A stretch of 64,000 bases of DNA from Patescibacteria group bacterium (GTDB taxonomy: Bacteria > Patescibacteriota > Patescibacteriia > Patescibacteriales > UBA12465). Shown in pieces: positions 54,010 through 63,658 of the stretch. Both the position numbers and the translations under genes were made by a program. Each line of letters begins with the position of its first letter. Within the stretch, counting starts at the first letter, position 1. The notes under the pieces are model-generated. The model did no database searches. It had not been told where the DNA came from and saw nothing but the letters and a program-made list of their open reading frames with translations. The stretch lies in contig JBAZKQ010000001.1 of the NCBI GenBank assembly GCA_041650715.1, forward strand, positions 70,945 through 134,944, written 5' to 3'.

Positions 54010-54627
54010 ATGAAGGAAATTAAAAAAGGAATTTATCGCCATTATAAAGGCGGTGAGTATCGGGTCTTAAACGAAGGCCTTAACTCGGAGAATAAAGAAG
54101 CGGTCGTTATCTACCAGGATCTTAAAGACTTGAAAAAAATTTGGTCACGGCCGAAAAAAATGTGGCTGGAAGAAGTTGAGGTCGAGGGAGAAACCAAACC
54201 GCGTTTTGAATTCATCGCTGAAGACGAAATGGAAAGCTGGGAGCACATGCATAAGCGCGCCCTCGCCGATTACCAAAATTTATTAAAACAAACCGCGAAG
54301 GAAAAGGAAGAATTTGTGAAATATGCGCTGAGTGATTTCTTATTTGATATTTTGCCGGTTTACGATCATTTAAAAATGTCGCTTGCCGGGCTAAAGGAAG
54401 AGGAAGCGAAAAATCCTTGGGTAGAAGGCGTTAAATATGTTTTGAAACAATTTAAAGATGTCTTACTTGCCCGCGGCGTTGAAGAAATAGAGACGCTGGG
54501 CCAGAAATTTGATCACGCGACTATGGAAGCCTTGGATGGCAGCGGGGAAAAAGTAAAACAGGAAGTCATGCCGGGCTATAAATTAAACGGTAAAGTAATT
54601 CGGCCGGCTAAAGTAATCGTTGAATAA
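54010..54627 (+). CDS. grpE: GrpE nucleotide-exchange factor with an N-terminal DUF1653 domain
   Basis: GIYRHYKGGEYRVL...VIYQDL...WSRPKKMW...PRFEFI is the DUF1653 pattern. This is followed by the GrpE coiled coil and the C-terminal beta domain (GQKFDHATMEAL...PGYKLNGKVIRPAKV). Confidence 0.8.
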   Translation: MKEIKKGIYRHYKGGEYRVLNEGLNSENKEAVVIYQDLKDLKKIWSRPKKMWLEEVEVEGETKPRFEFIAEDEMESWEHMHKRALADYQNLLKQTAKEKEEFVKYALSDFLFDILPVYDHLKMSLAGLKEEEAKNPWVEGVKYVLKQFKDVLLARGVEEIETLGQKFDHATMEALDGSGEKVKQEVMPGYKLNGKVIRPAKVIVE

Positions 54628-54701
54628 ATAATATATTTAATTTAATTCTTTCTCTGTCTACTGCGGACGAGCCGCCGTTTCCGGGAAAGATATCTAATTC
54701 T

Positions 54702-55133
54702 ATGTCACTTATAAAATGGACCCCATTTTTGTCGGAATTCGACGACATGGATAAAGTGATGGAATCCATGTTGCCGGCCGTGCGCGGCAATCAATTCGGG
54801 TTTACGCCCGCCGTTGATATGTACGAAGATAAAGACAATATCGTTATTGAAACTCAGCTGGGCGGAATCGACCCGGAGCAGGTCGATATCTCGATTGAGA
54901 ATAATGTTTTATCAATTAAAGGGGAAAGCGAAAAGAGAAGCGAAGTGGAAGATAAAAATTATTATCGCAAGGAAATTCGCCGCGGTTCTTTTTATCGCTC
55001 CATTCCGCTGCCGACTAAAGTTGACGGCGATAAAGCGAGCGCCGTAAATGAAGACGGTATATTGAAAATAACAGTACCGAAAGCCGCCGAAGTCAAGCCC
55101 AAGACCATTAAAATCGAGACCAAGAAAAAATAA
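54702..55133 (+). CDS. Hsp20/alpha-crystallin small heat-shock protein
   Basis: PAVDMYEDKDNIVIETQLGGI...FYRSIPLP...GILKITVPK. Confidence 0.9.
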   Translation: MSLIKWTPFLSEFDDMDKVMESMLPAVRGNQFGFTPAVDMYEDKDNIVIETQLGGIDPEQVDISIENNVLSIKGESEKRSEVEDKNYYRKEIRRGSFYRSIPLPTKVDGDKASAVNEDGILKITVPKAAEVKPKTIKIETKKK

Positions 55134-55160
55134 AAGCGTAAATAATTTAAGAAAAATAAT

Positions 55161-55376
55161 ATGAAATATTTTTCCGACGTTTATAAAAAAGAAACCAAGA
55201 TGTGCGCTCGAATGTTTAAAGAAAAACAGGGCTGTGCCTGGGGTAAATGCGCGACTTGTGGCGTTGTGCCGCTTCTCTATAAGTTAGAAACTGGGAGTGT
55301 CGTGGATAACGAGGAAGATATTAAGGCACTGAAAGAAGAAGTGTTAAATTCTAAAGAAGAAACACTGAATATTTAG
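55161..55376 (+). CDS. 71-aa Cys-containing protein of unknown function inside the chaperone cluster
   Basis: ORF with C15, C25, C30, C33 (CAWGKCATCG). Same strand and tight spacing between hsp20 and dnaK. Confidence 0.5.
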   Translation: MKYFSDVYKKETKMCARMFKEKQGCAWGKCATCGVVPLLYKLETGSVVDNEEDIKALKEEVLNSKEETLNI

Positions 55377-55414
55377 GAAAAAATAAAAAATAATAAAAGT
55401 AAATATAAATTAAT

Positions 55415-57346
55415 ATGTCAAAAATTTTAGGAATTGATTTGGGAACGACCAACTCCGCCATGGCGATCATGGAGGGCGGACTTCCGAAAATCATCGAAAA
55501 CATTGAAGGCAATCGGACAACCCCGTCGGTCGTCGCGATTTCTAAAAACGGCGAACGCTTAGTCGGCCAAGCCGCCAAGCGCCAAGCGGTCATTAACCCG
55601 GAAAACACCGTTTACGCGGTTAAGCGCCTGATCGGCCGCCATTTCGGCGAAGACGAAGTGCAGCGCGATTTAAAAACTGCGCCTTATAAAATCGTCCAGG
55701 CCGGCGAAGGCGTAAAAGTTAAGATGGGTGATAAGGATTATAGCCCGCAAGAAATTTCCGCGATGATTTTATCGAAATTAAAAGCGGACGCCGAAGCCAA
55801 AATCGGTGAGAAAATTACGGAAGCGATTATTACTGTCCCGGCCTATTTTAATGACTCGCAAAGACAAGCGACTAAAGATGCCGGATTAATTGCCGGTCTT
55901 GATGTGAAGCGGATTATTAATGAGCCGACGGCCGCGGCGCTTGCTTATGGCTTCGATAAAAAACAAGGTCAAAAGATTGTCGTCTATGATTTAGGCGGCG
56001 GCACTTTTGATGTTTCCGTGCTTGATATCTCCGCCGATACGGTTGAAGTGAAATCGACGAATGGCGATACGCATTTAGGTGGTGAAGATTTTGATCAGAG
56101 AATTATTAATTGGATTATTGAGGAATTTAAAAAAGATCAGGGCATCGATTTATCGAAAGATACTTTAGCGCTCCAGAGAATTAAAGAATCTGCCGAAAAA
56201 GCCAAGATTGAATTATCAACTGCGCAGGACACGGAAATTAATCAGCCTTTTATAACGACCGACGCGAACGGTCCGAAGCATTTGGTTATGAAACTGACGC
56301 GCGCGAAATTAGAAAGTTTAATTATGGATTTAGTCGAGAAAACGATTGAGCCTTGCAAAAAGGCCTTGGCCGATTCCGGTTTCCAAATGAGTGAGATTAA
56401 TGAAATCTTAATGGTCGGCGGAATGACTCGCATGCCTTTAGTTCAGCAAAAAGTGAAAGAATTTTTCGGTAAAGAACCGAATCTGACAGTTAACCCGGAC
56501 GAAGTTGTCGCGATGGGCGCAGCGGTCCAGGCCGGTGTTTTGCAAGGTGATGTTAAGGACGTTTTGCTCCTTGATGTTACGCCTTTAACTTTAGGAATCG
56601 AAACTTTAGGCGGCGTAGCGACACCGCTCATCGAAAGAAATACTACCATCCCAACTTCGAAGGCACAGGTTTTTTCGACTGCGGCTGATGGTCAGACCGC
56701 TGTGGAAATTCATATTGTCCAAGGCGAACGCCCAATGGCGACCGACAATAAAACTTTAGGCCACTTTACTTTAGACGGTATTCCGTCTGCACCGCGCGGT
56801 ATTCCGCAGGTTGAAGTAAAGTTTGATTTGGACGCGAACGGAATTTTAAATGTTTCGGCGACCGACAAGGCGACTAATAAACAGCAGAAAATTACCATAA
56901 CCGCTTCATCCGGTTTGTCGAAAGATGAAATTGAGAAGATGAAGAAAGAAGCGGAGCTTCATGCCGAAGAAGATAAAAAGAAAAAAGACGAAGCGGAAAT
57001 AAAAAATCAGGCGGACGCCGTTGTCTTTACCATGGAAAAAATGATTAAAGAATCTGGCGATAAGATGAAACCGGAAGATAAAAAAGAATTGGAAGATAAG
57101 ACGGCCGAGCTTAAGAAATCTAAAGAGGCTGGCAATCTTGAAGAAATGAAAAAACAGATGGAAGATATCAATGCGGTAGCACAAAAGATTGGCGCCGCGA
57201 TGTATCAACAGCCGGGAGCCGGAGCACCGGGCGCTGAAGCCGGTGCCGGGAATGCGGAAGCCGGACAGGCCGGTACCGAGCCCGGTGCAAATTCAGAAGA
57301 GAAAAAAGACGACGTCGTTGAAGGCGAAGTCGAAGAAAAGAAATAA
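55415..57346 (+). CDS. dnaK: Chaperone DnaK (Hsp70)
   Basis: Full-length Hsp70 signatures ([25 protein letters not shown]). Confidence 0.97.
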   Translation: MSKILGIDLGTTNSAMAIMEGGLPKIIENIEGNRTTPSVVAISKNGERLVGQAAKRQAVINPENTVYAVKRLIGRHFGEDEVQRDLKTAPYKIVQAGEGVKVKMGDKDYSPQEISAMILSKLKADAEAKIGEKITEAIITVPAYFNDSQRQATKDAGLIAGLDVKRIINEPTAAALAYGFDKKQGQKIVVYDLGGGTFDVSVLDISADTVEVKSTNGDTHLGGEDFDQRIINWIIEEFKKDQGIDLSKDTLALQRIKESAEKAKIELSTAQDTEINQPFITTDANGPKHLVMKLTRAKLESLIMDLVEKTIEPCKKALADSGFQMSEINEILMVGGMTRMPLVQQKVKEFFGKEPNLTVNPDEVVAMGAAVQAGVLQGDVKDVLLLDVTPLTLGIETLGGVATPLIERNTTIPTSKAQVFSTAADGQTAVEIHIVQGERPMATDNKTLGHFTLDGIPSAPRGIPQVEVKFDLDANGILNVSATDKATNKQQKITITASSGLSKDEIEKMKKEAELHAEEDKKKKDEAEIKNQADAVVFTMEKMIKESGDKMKPEDKKELEDKTAELKKSKEAGNLEEMKKQMEDINAVAQKIGAAMYQQPGAGAPGAEAGAGNAEAGQAGTEPGANSEEKKDDVVEGEVEEKK

Positions 57347-57360
57347 TTGTCTATTCATTG

Positions 57361-57396
57361 CTTGCCCCTCTGGCGTTTTTAGTCCCGAGGGGCAAG
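57361..57396 (+). terminator. 10-bp hairpin between dnaK and dnaJ (attenuator or partial terminator)
   Basis: CTTGCCCCTC-N16-GAGGGGCAAG + TTGTTG. Confidence 0.5.
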
Positions 57397-57413
57397 TTGT
57401 TGAATAAAAAATT

Positions 57414-58508
57414 ATGGCTAAAGATTATTACGATATATTAGGTGTTTCTAAAGGCGCTTCCGCTGACGAAATAAAAACTGCTTTCCGCAAAAAAGCGCAC
57501 GAGCATCATCCGGATAAAGGCGGCGACGCGGAAAAGTTTAAGGAGCTTAATGAGGCTTATCAAGTTTTGGGTAATACCGAGAAGCGTCAGCGCTATGACC
57601 AATTCGGGGAGGCCGCTTTTAACGGCGGCGGAGGAGGTGGTGGCTACGGCGGCTATAGCCAAGGCTTTGGTGGTTTTCAAAACGGACAAGGTTTCGGCAA
57701 TATGGATTTTGAAGATTTAGGCGATCTCTTCGGGGGCTTTGGCGATATTTTTGGTTTTGGCGGCGGGCGCCAGAGCACAAAGCGCGACAGGCGTGGGCGT
57801 GATATGGAAATGGCACTTAGTTTGGATTTTATGGATGCCGCTTTCGGCACCGAAAAAGAAATTAGTTTTAATAAAAATATTCAGTGCGACCGTTGCCATG
57901 GTAATGGCGCCGAACCGGGCGCTAAGATTGAAACCTGCTCGACCTGCCACGGCAGCGGGCACGTAACGCGCATTCAGCGCACGATTTTAGGCAATATCCA
58001 AGCGCAAACAACTTGCACGACTTGCGGCGGTGAAGGGAAAATTTATAGCCAGAAATGTACGAAGTGCGGCGGTAGCGGTATCCATCGCGAAGCGGTCAAG
58101 ATTAAAGTTAAAATTCCGGCCGGTATTAATGATGGCGAATCGATTCGTTTAACGGGGCAAGGCGAGGCGGGCGAAAAAGGGGCAGCCGCGGGCGATTTAT
58201 ATTTACGCATTAAATTACAGACTCATAAAAAATTTCGCCGCGAAGGCTATGATATTCGGACAGAAGAAACTGTTAGCATTAAGCAGGCGGTTTTGGGGGA
58301 CAAGATTGATATTGAAACCGTCCATGGACCGGTTAAATTAAAAATTCCAGAAGGCACGCAGTCGGGGACTATTTTTAAATTAAAAGAAAAGGGAATAACG
58401 CGTTTGCACAATCGCGGTATCGGTGATCAGTATGTAAAGGTAACGATTAAAATTCCGAGCGCGGTCACTAAAAAGCAGAAACAATTATTAGAAGAGTTGG
58501 GGATATAA
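57414..58508 (+). CDS. dnaJ: Co-chaperone DnaJ (type I: J domain, G/F region, 4x CxxCxGxG zinc finger)
   Basis: YYDILGV...HPDK, a Gly/Phe-rich linker, and CDRCHGNG / CSTCHGSG / CTTCGGEG / CTKCGGSG. Confidence 0.95.
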   Translation: MAKDYYDILGVSKGASADEIKTAFRKKAHEHHPDKGGDAEKFKELNEAYQVLGNTEKRQRYDQFGEAAFNGGGGGGGYGGYSQGFGGFQNGQGFGNMDFEDLGDLFGGFGDIFGFGGGRQSTKRDRRGRDMEMALSLDFMDAAFGTEKEISFNKNIQCDRCHGNGAEPGAKIETCSTCHGSGHVTRIQRTILGNIQAQTTCTTCGGEGKIYSQKCTKCGGSGIHREAVKIKVKIPAGINDGESIRLTGQGEAGEKGAAAGDLYLRIKLQTHKKFRREGYDIRTEETVSIKQAVLGDKIDIETVHGPVKLKIPEGTQSGTIFKLKEKGITRLHNRGIGDQYVKVTIKIPSAVTKKQKQLLEELGI

Positions 58509-58521
58509 TTATAATAAGGTT

Positions 58522-58986
58522 ATGCCTCACATTCACGACAAAATAGATTTTACAGTTGAGGTCTTTATCGTTTATAGAAATACCGTACTCCTCAGAAAAC
58601 ATGATAAATATAAAATCTGGCTAAGCGTGGGCGGACATATCGAATTGAATGAAGATCCGGTTGAAGCCGCGCTGAGAGAAGTTAAAGAAGAGGTCGGCTT
58701 AGATATTAAAATTGTCGGCGAACTTAAGAAATTTGCGCCTCTGGACGGCTATCAAGAATTAATAGCTCCGCGCTTTCTTAATCGTCACCGTATTAACGAA
58801 ACCCATGAACATGTCACCCTGGTCTATTTCGCGACGACGGACGATAATAAAGTGATTCAAGGCGAGAAAGAGATAAGCGACGATATTCATTGGTTCACGG
58901 CCGCACAGCTTGATGATAGTCAGTATGTTTTTCGGGAAAGTGTCAGATATTATGCACAAAAGGCATTGGAAGAATTACAAGCTTAA
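58522..58986 (+). CDS. NUDIX hydrolase
   Basis: GGHIELNEDPVEAALREVKEEVGL. Confidence 0.8.
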   Translation: MPHIHDKIDFTVEVFIVYRNTVLLRKHDKYKIWLSVGGHIELNEDPVEAALREVKEEVGLDIKIVGELKKFAPLDGYQELIAPRFLNRHRINETHEHVTLVYFATTDDNKVIQGEKEISDDIHWFTAAQLDDSQYVFRESVRYYAQKALEELQA

Positions 58987-59198
58987 ATCTGCAATAATTA
59001 GGTATATATTAATTATAAAATAGGCTAAAATTAGTCTATTTTTTGTATATATTGACATTATATTAATAATATGTTAGTATTCTTTCATAGTACAATCGCA
59101 CTTTAATAAAAAGTTATTAATATTTATCGGATTCTCTGAGCTTCTTGATGGAGGTTGAGAAAATCCCATAAATTATTATTAACCTTAAATTTTACAAA

Positions 59199-59666
59199 AT
59201 GACACCTAAAAGAAGAATGAAACGTAATGTGCTGGTCTGTAATGTCTTTATCGGCATATTTGCAGTGATCCTTGTTATTGCTTTAGCGATAAATTCAAGT
59301 GCCGTTAACTCAATGACGAGCTATATCGCAATCGCTGTAAGCTGTGCCTCCCTATTTTTTGGGGTTTTCCTTTTTATCCTTGCCTCTTATCTTAAGTTAA
59401 GCTGGTGGAACGGTCTTTCTGTGTATGGTAGGGCTGAAGAACTCGCCAGCGAATTAAAGGCTGGCAAGCGCGATTGGTACTTAAATCCGATGCCATTGGG
59501 TCAGTATATATTTGCCCCGCTGCGGCCAAATAAACTAAATGAACTGGGTGGCGGTAATCATATTGAAACCAATCGCCTGAACGTAGTTTCGTTACTTGCC
59601 GAAGGAAAAATCGACAATTCCGAAATTACTCGGCTAATTATCTATCACTTCGATTCTATTTTGTAA
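59199..59666 (+). CDS. Two-TM membrane protein, unknown function
   Basis: Hydrophobic N-terminal half and soluble C-terminal half. No motif recognised. Confidence 0.5.
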   Translation: MTPKRRMKRNVLVCNVFIGIFAVILVIALAINSSAVNSMTSYIAIAVSCASLFFGVFLFILASYLKLSWWNGLSVYGRAEELASELKAGKRDWYLNPMPLGQYIFAPLRPNKLNELGGGNHIETNRLNVVSLLAEGKIDNSEITRLIIYHFDSIL

Positions 59667-59677
59667 AAAACAAGTCA

Positions 59678-59715
59678 ACCCTACGAAAAAGCCTACTGCT
59701 TATCGTAGGGTTTTT
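59678..59715 (+). terminator. Intrinsic terminator
   Basis: ACCCTACGA-N16-TCGTAGGGT + T5. Confidence 0.65.
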
Positions 59716-59751
59716 CATATCCGAAGATAATTCTTGATTCATTATCTATAA

Positions 59752-59779
59752 TTGACTTTCCCCTCTAAAATGCTATAAT
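59752..59779 (+). promoter_or_regulatory. Sigma70 promoter with extended -10
   Basis: TTGACT, 16 nt, TGcTATAAT. Confidence 0.6.
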
Positions 59780-59813
59780 TAGCTTGTATTTATTATTAAT
59801 TTCAAGCAAATCT

Positions 59814-60002
59814 ATGAGTAATTGGTTCAAGAAATTGTTTGGCGGGAGCGATCACGGTTCTTGCGAACATTGCGGTCATTGCGACCATTGCGAAGAAAAA
59901 GATGAGGTTAAAGAAGCTAAAAATGAAGAAATGCAAATTACTTCAGCCCCGGAATTAAAAGCTGAAAATATGGCGGCCGAAGACATCACAAAAAATCAAT
60001 AA
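59814..60002 (+). CDS. 62-aa His/Cys-cluster protein (HGSCEHCGHCDHCEE), putative metal binding
   Basis: The ATG at 59814 is preferred over the TTG at 59784. Has its own promoter and terminator. Confidence 0.5.
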   Translation: MSNWFKKLFGGSDHGSCEHCGHCDHCEEKDEVKEAKNEEMQITSAPELKAENMAAEDITKNQ

Positions 60003-60018
60003 TTTTTTAAAATAGACT

Positions 60019-60043
60019 AAAAAACGCGTGTTTCGCGTTTTTT
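60019..60043 (+). terminator. Intrinsic terminator
   Basis: AAAACGCG-TGTTT-CGCGTTTT. Confidence 0.65.
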
Positions 60044-60056
60044 ACGTAAAAGACCC

Positions 60057-60908
60057 ATGTTTATCGATACCCATGCCCATGTTAACTTTAATGCTTTTAA
60101 AGACGACGCCGAAGAGGTGATTCGCCGCTCTTTGGATAATGATACTTGGATGGTTTTGGTCGGCGCGGAGTTTAAGACCTCTAATCGGGCTCTGCATTAC
60201 GCCAATAAATACGAAAAAGGCGTTTATGCGGCGATTGGTCTTCACCCAGTTCATTTAGAGGAAGGCTTTATCGATAATCAGGAAGAAGATAATAGTTACG
60301 CTTTTGCCCCGCGTTTTGAGGTTTTTGATTATGGCAGTTATGAAAAATTAGCTAAGTTCGAAAAGGTGGTGGCAATAGGCGAAATCGGCCTTGATTATTA
60401 CCATTTAGATCCAACTAAAGATGTTACCGCGGTTAAAAAGAAACAGCATGAGGTTTTTGCTCAGCAATTACTACTAGCACGTAGTCTTGACTTGCCGGTG
60501 ATTATTCATTGCCGCCAAGCGCATGACGATTTACTCGAAATTCTTCAGGAATTCAAGAAAGAATATGGCCATATTATACCGAGCGACCGCCCCTGGGGCG
60601 TTATTCATTGCTTTTCTGGCGATGAGGACTTGGCCTGGAAATATTTTAGATTGGGGCTATTAATCTCTTTTACTGGTTTAATTACTTTTAGTAAGCAATG
60701 GGACGATTTAATTAGAAAAATCCCTCTTGATAAAGTGATGATTGAAACCGATACACCCTATATGACCCCTGAGCCCTATCGCGGCCAGAGAAATGAGCCT
60801 GTTTTGGTCCAATATGTAGCCAAAAGGATAGCGGATATAAAAAGTATTAAGATTGAAAAGGTGGCCGAGATTACCACGCGCACGGCGCGGGAATTATTCC
60901 GAATTTAG
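60057..60908 (+). CDS. tatD: TatD-family metal-dependent hydrolase/DNase
   Basis: FIDTHAHVNF, GEIGLDY, IIHCR, IHCFSG and ETDTPYM motifs. Confidence 0.9.
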   Translation: MFIDTHAHVNFNAFKDDAEEVIRRSLDNDTWMVLVGAEFKTSNRALHYANKYEKGVYAAIGLHPVHLEEGFIDNQEEDNSYAFAPRFEVFDYGSYEKLAKFEKVVAIGEIGLDYYHLDPTKDVTAVKKKQHEVFAQQLLLARSLDLPVIIHCRQAHDDLLEILQEFKKEYGHIIPSDRPWGVIHCFSGDEDLAWKYFRLGLLISFTGLITFSKQWDDLIRKIPLDKVMIETDTPYMTPEPYRGQRNEPVLVQYVAKRIADIKSIKIEKVAEITTRTARELFRI

Positions 60909-60941
60909 GGGCAATTTTCGAAAAAAAGGAAAATCGCAGTC

Positions 60942-60970
60942 TTGACACTTAGTCAATTCTGCGCTATAAA
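60942..60970 (+). promoter_or_regulatory. Sigma70 promoter of the atp operon
   Basis: TTGACA, 17 nt, TATAAA, followed by a CCCTTT-N6-AAAGGG leader hairpin. Confidence 0.6.
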
Positions 60971-61029
60971 TGAGTCGGACCCTTTGCGTCGAAAGGGCAT
61001 TTAGCCCTTTTTATTTTTGCGCTAAGATT

Positions 61030-61314
61030 ATGAAAAATGAATCTTGGGCCTTAGCCCTGAAAGTCATGGCCAAGCTCTCCGGTTGGATTGCTTTCCCGGT
61101 AATTATTGCGACTTTTCTTGGCAAGTGGCTCGACAAAAAATTTGGTAGCGAACCATGGCTATTTCTTGGCACCGTTGGCCTGGCCTTTATAGTTTCTATG
61201 TATGGATTGATCATAAATGCGCTTCAAGAATTTAAAAAGATTGACGCGGAGTACGCCAAAAATAAAAAAGAAGAAGAAAATAATAAAGATAGCAATAATT
61301 TAAGTAAGAAATAA
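61030..61314 (+). CDS. AtpI/AtpZ-like small membrane protein of the ATP synthase operon
   Basis: Two TM helices, first gene of the atp cluster. The 60970 start would overlap the -10 box, so the ATG at 61030 is preferred. Confidence 0.6.
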   Translation: MKNESWALALKVMAKLSGWIAFPVIIATFLGKWLDKKFGSEPWLFLGTVGLAFIVSMYGLIINALQEFKKIDAEYAKNKKEEENNKDSNNLSKK

Positions 61315-61315
61315 A

Positions 61316-62128
61316 ATGGCCGAGGAAATAATTCATGAAAATACACTGTTCGCCGAACCGATTGCGCATTTCGGCAATTTTCCGATTACGAATTCATTGA
61401 TGACTTCGGGTGTCGCTCTTATAATTATTATTACGATTGCGCTGTTAATCGGCCGGAAAATAAAAAAAGTACCGACCGGAATTCAGAACGCGATGGAAAT
61501 GATTATTGAAGGATTCTTAGATATTTTTGACGGGGTTACCGGGAGCCGAAAAAAATCTTTACAATTCGCCCCGCTCGTTTTAGCCTTTTTCTTTTTTGTC
61601 CTCATTAATAATTGGATGGGGATATTACCGGGTGTCGGCTCAATCGGTCAAATCGTGCAAACGGCCGATGGTAAATTATTTATTCCATATTTGCGTGGCG
61701 GCACGGCTGATTTAAATACGACTTTAGCTTTAGCGACAATTGGCGTCGTCGTGAGCCATATTATCGGCGTCATTTCCGTTGGTTGGTGGAAGTATTTAAA
61801 TAAGTTTATTAATATCAAAGCGTTTTTAGAAATTCCGAAGAAGGTACGCAAGGATCCGACCATCCTTTTAGTAAATCCGATTAAAGCTTTTGTTGGTATT
61901 ATTGAAATCATTGGTGAGCTCGCGAAAGTCGCCAGTCTCTCCTTCCGTTTATTCGGTAATGTTTTTGCCGGTGAAGTTTTACTGGCCTCGATGTCGGCGA
62001 TTCTCGCCTTCGGCATCCCGATTCCGTTTCTCTTCTTGGAAGTTTTAGTTGGCCTGATTCAAGCGCTTATTTTTGCCATGCTGATTCTGACATATCTGAC
62101 TATTAACACGACCGCCGAAGAACACTAA
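61316..62128 (+). CDS. atpB: F0 ATP synthase subunit a
   Basis: Conserved LSFRLFGNVFAGE (essential Arg) and operon position. Confidence 0.9.
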   Translation: MAEEIIHENTLFAEPIAHFGNFPITNSLMTSGVALIIIITIALLIGRKIKKVPTGIQNAMEMIIEGFLDIFDGVTGSRKKSLQFAPLVLAFFFFVLINNWMGILPGVGSIGQIVQTADGKLFIPYLRGGTADLNTTLALATIGVVVSHIIGVISVGWWKYLNKFINIKAFLEIPKKVRKDPTILLVNPIKAFVGIIEIIGELAKVASLSFRLFGNVFAGEVLLASMSAILAFGIPIPFLFLEVLVGLIQALIFAMLILTYLTINTTAEEH

Positions 62129-62163
62129 TTTAGAAATTATTAATTAAAATATAAATAATTTAA

Positions 62164-62382
<219 letters not shown>

Positions 62383-62412
62383 TCATTTCTCAGCAAATAA
62401 TCGTTTGACGCA

Positions 62413-62461
62413 TTTCCCCTGTATCCGCCTGCGCAATCCGTAGAGATCGGATCGGGGGAAA
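62413..62461 (+). other. GC-rich imperfect hairpin in the atpE-atpF spacer
   Basis: TTTCCCC..ATCCG ... CGGAT.GGGGGAAA (about 12 bp). No T-tract follows. Confidence 0.4.
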
Positions 62462-62486
62462 ACGCTTGATTATTATTTACATTAAT

Positions 62487-62975
62487 ATGGAATCATTAAT
62501 TTCAACCTTTCATATCGACCTAAAATTATTCATCGCGCAATTAATTAATTTTGCGATTGTTTTTTCCGTCCTTTATTTTTTTGCGTTCAAACCGCTGGTA
62601 AAAACCATGGGTGAAAGAACCGAAAAAATTGATAAGAGTTTGAAGGACGCCGATGCGATTGAAAAAAGATTGGCGCTTACTGAGAAGGAAAGAGAAGAAA
62701 TTATTACAGCTGCAAAGCGGCAGGCTAATTTAATCGTCGAAGAAGCGAATAAGAGGGGGGAAGAGAGAAAGGGTGAAATGGTAGCCAAGGCTAAAGAAGA
62801 AATTGGCCAAGTGATTAATGCGGAAAAGGAAAAGTTAGTTCGGGAGAAATCGGAAACCCTGAAAGAAATTAAAAAAGAAGTCGCCGATTTAGTTGTACTG
62901 ACAGTTGAAAAATTATTAAGTGAAAAAATGACGGGTGATAAGGATAGAGAATTGATTAAAAAATTAGTGAAGTAA
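62487..62975 (+). CDS. atpF: F0 ATP synthase subunit b
   Basis: One N-terminal TM plus a long charged helix. The ATG at 62487 is preferred over the TTG at 62466. Confidence 0.8.
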   Translation: MESLISTFHIDLKLFIAQLINFAIVFSVLYFFAFKPLVKTMGERTEKIDKSLKDADAIEKRLALTEKEREEIITAAKRQANLIVEEANKRGEERKGEMVAKAKEEIGQVINAEKEKLVREKSETLKEIKKEVADLVVLTVEKLLSEKMTGDKDRELIKKLVK

Positions 62976-62995
62976 TAATGATGAGCTAAAAAGTT

Positions 62996-63397
62996 ATGAA
63001 AATATCAGTCGCACAATATACGCAGAGTTTATTTGAATCAGTTTTCGATAAAAACGAAAAGGAAGTTAAGGCTGCCCTGAAAAATTTTGTCGCGCTCTTG
63101 GGTCGGAATATGGATTTGGCGAAAGCACCGGCGATTGAAGACGCGTTTCAAGCACTTTGGGAAAAAGAAAAGGGAGAAGTGCGGGCGCAGCTAATTAGTG
63201 CGCGCGAACTCGGACCGACAGCGCGGGAAACTGTGCTCGATTATTTAAAGAAGAAAACGAGCGCCCAGAAAATTACCCTGACGGAAGAAATTGATAAAAA
63301 ATTGCTAGGTGGTTTTGTTTTAAAATATAATAGTAAAGTTTTAGACGGCAGTTTGAAAACCAGTTTAGAGGAATTGAAAGTTGAGATGGGTGGGTAG
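62996..63397 (+). CDS. atpH: F1 ATP synthase subunit delta (OSCP), short 133-aa form
   Basis: Operon position, with C-terminal ...GGFVLKYNSKVLDGSLKTSLEEL typical of delta. Confidence 0.7.
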   Translation: MKISVAQYTQSLFESVFDKNEKEVKAALKNFVALLGRNMDLAKAPAIEDAFQALWEKEKGEVRAQLISARELGPTARETVLDYLKKKTSAQKITLTEEIDKKLLGGFVLKYNSKVLDGSLKTSLEELKVEMGG

Positions 63398-63413
63398 TTC
63401 TTTTATTTTTTGG

Positions 63414-63443
63414 AAATAAAAAACCATCGCAAGCGATGGTTTG
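63414..63443. terminator. Bidirectional hairpin after atpH
   Basis: A-run, CCATCG-CAAG-CGATGG, TTT. Confidence 0.5.
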
Positions 63444-63463
63444 ACTAAAAAAATGTTTCGTTT

Positions 63464-63658
63464 TTAGTCTTTTAAGTCCGATATGATTTTTGATAATCCC
63501 AGAATTATAAGCGCGGATATTAACTCCAAAAAGGGAGTCGCACCACATCCGAGCAGAAAGAGAATAGCGGGATCGGCGGGATTTTCAAGATACAGAACGA
63601 ATTCTGAAATGCCTAAGACTATCAATAAAGCGGCGACAACAACAAGGAATTTTCCCAT
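63464..63658 (-). CDS. Possible 64-aa two-TM protein encoded antisense in the atpH-atpA gap
   Basis: Two clear hydrophobic helices. The ORF ends at the bidirectional hairpin. No obvious SD. Confidence 0.35.
   Translation of the reverse strand: MGKFLVVVAALLIVLGISEFVLYLENPADPAILFLLGCGATPFLELISALIILGLSKIISDLKD

Noticed and set aside
60970-61029. Upstream 20-codon extension of the AtpI-like ORF given in the track
   Set aside because: The proposed start is the last base of the TATAAA -10 box, and the extension encodes a leader hairpin. The ATG at 61030 begins the conserved hydrophobic protein.
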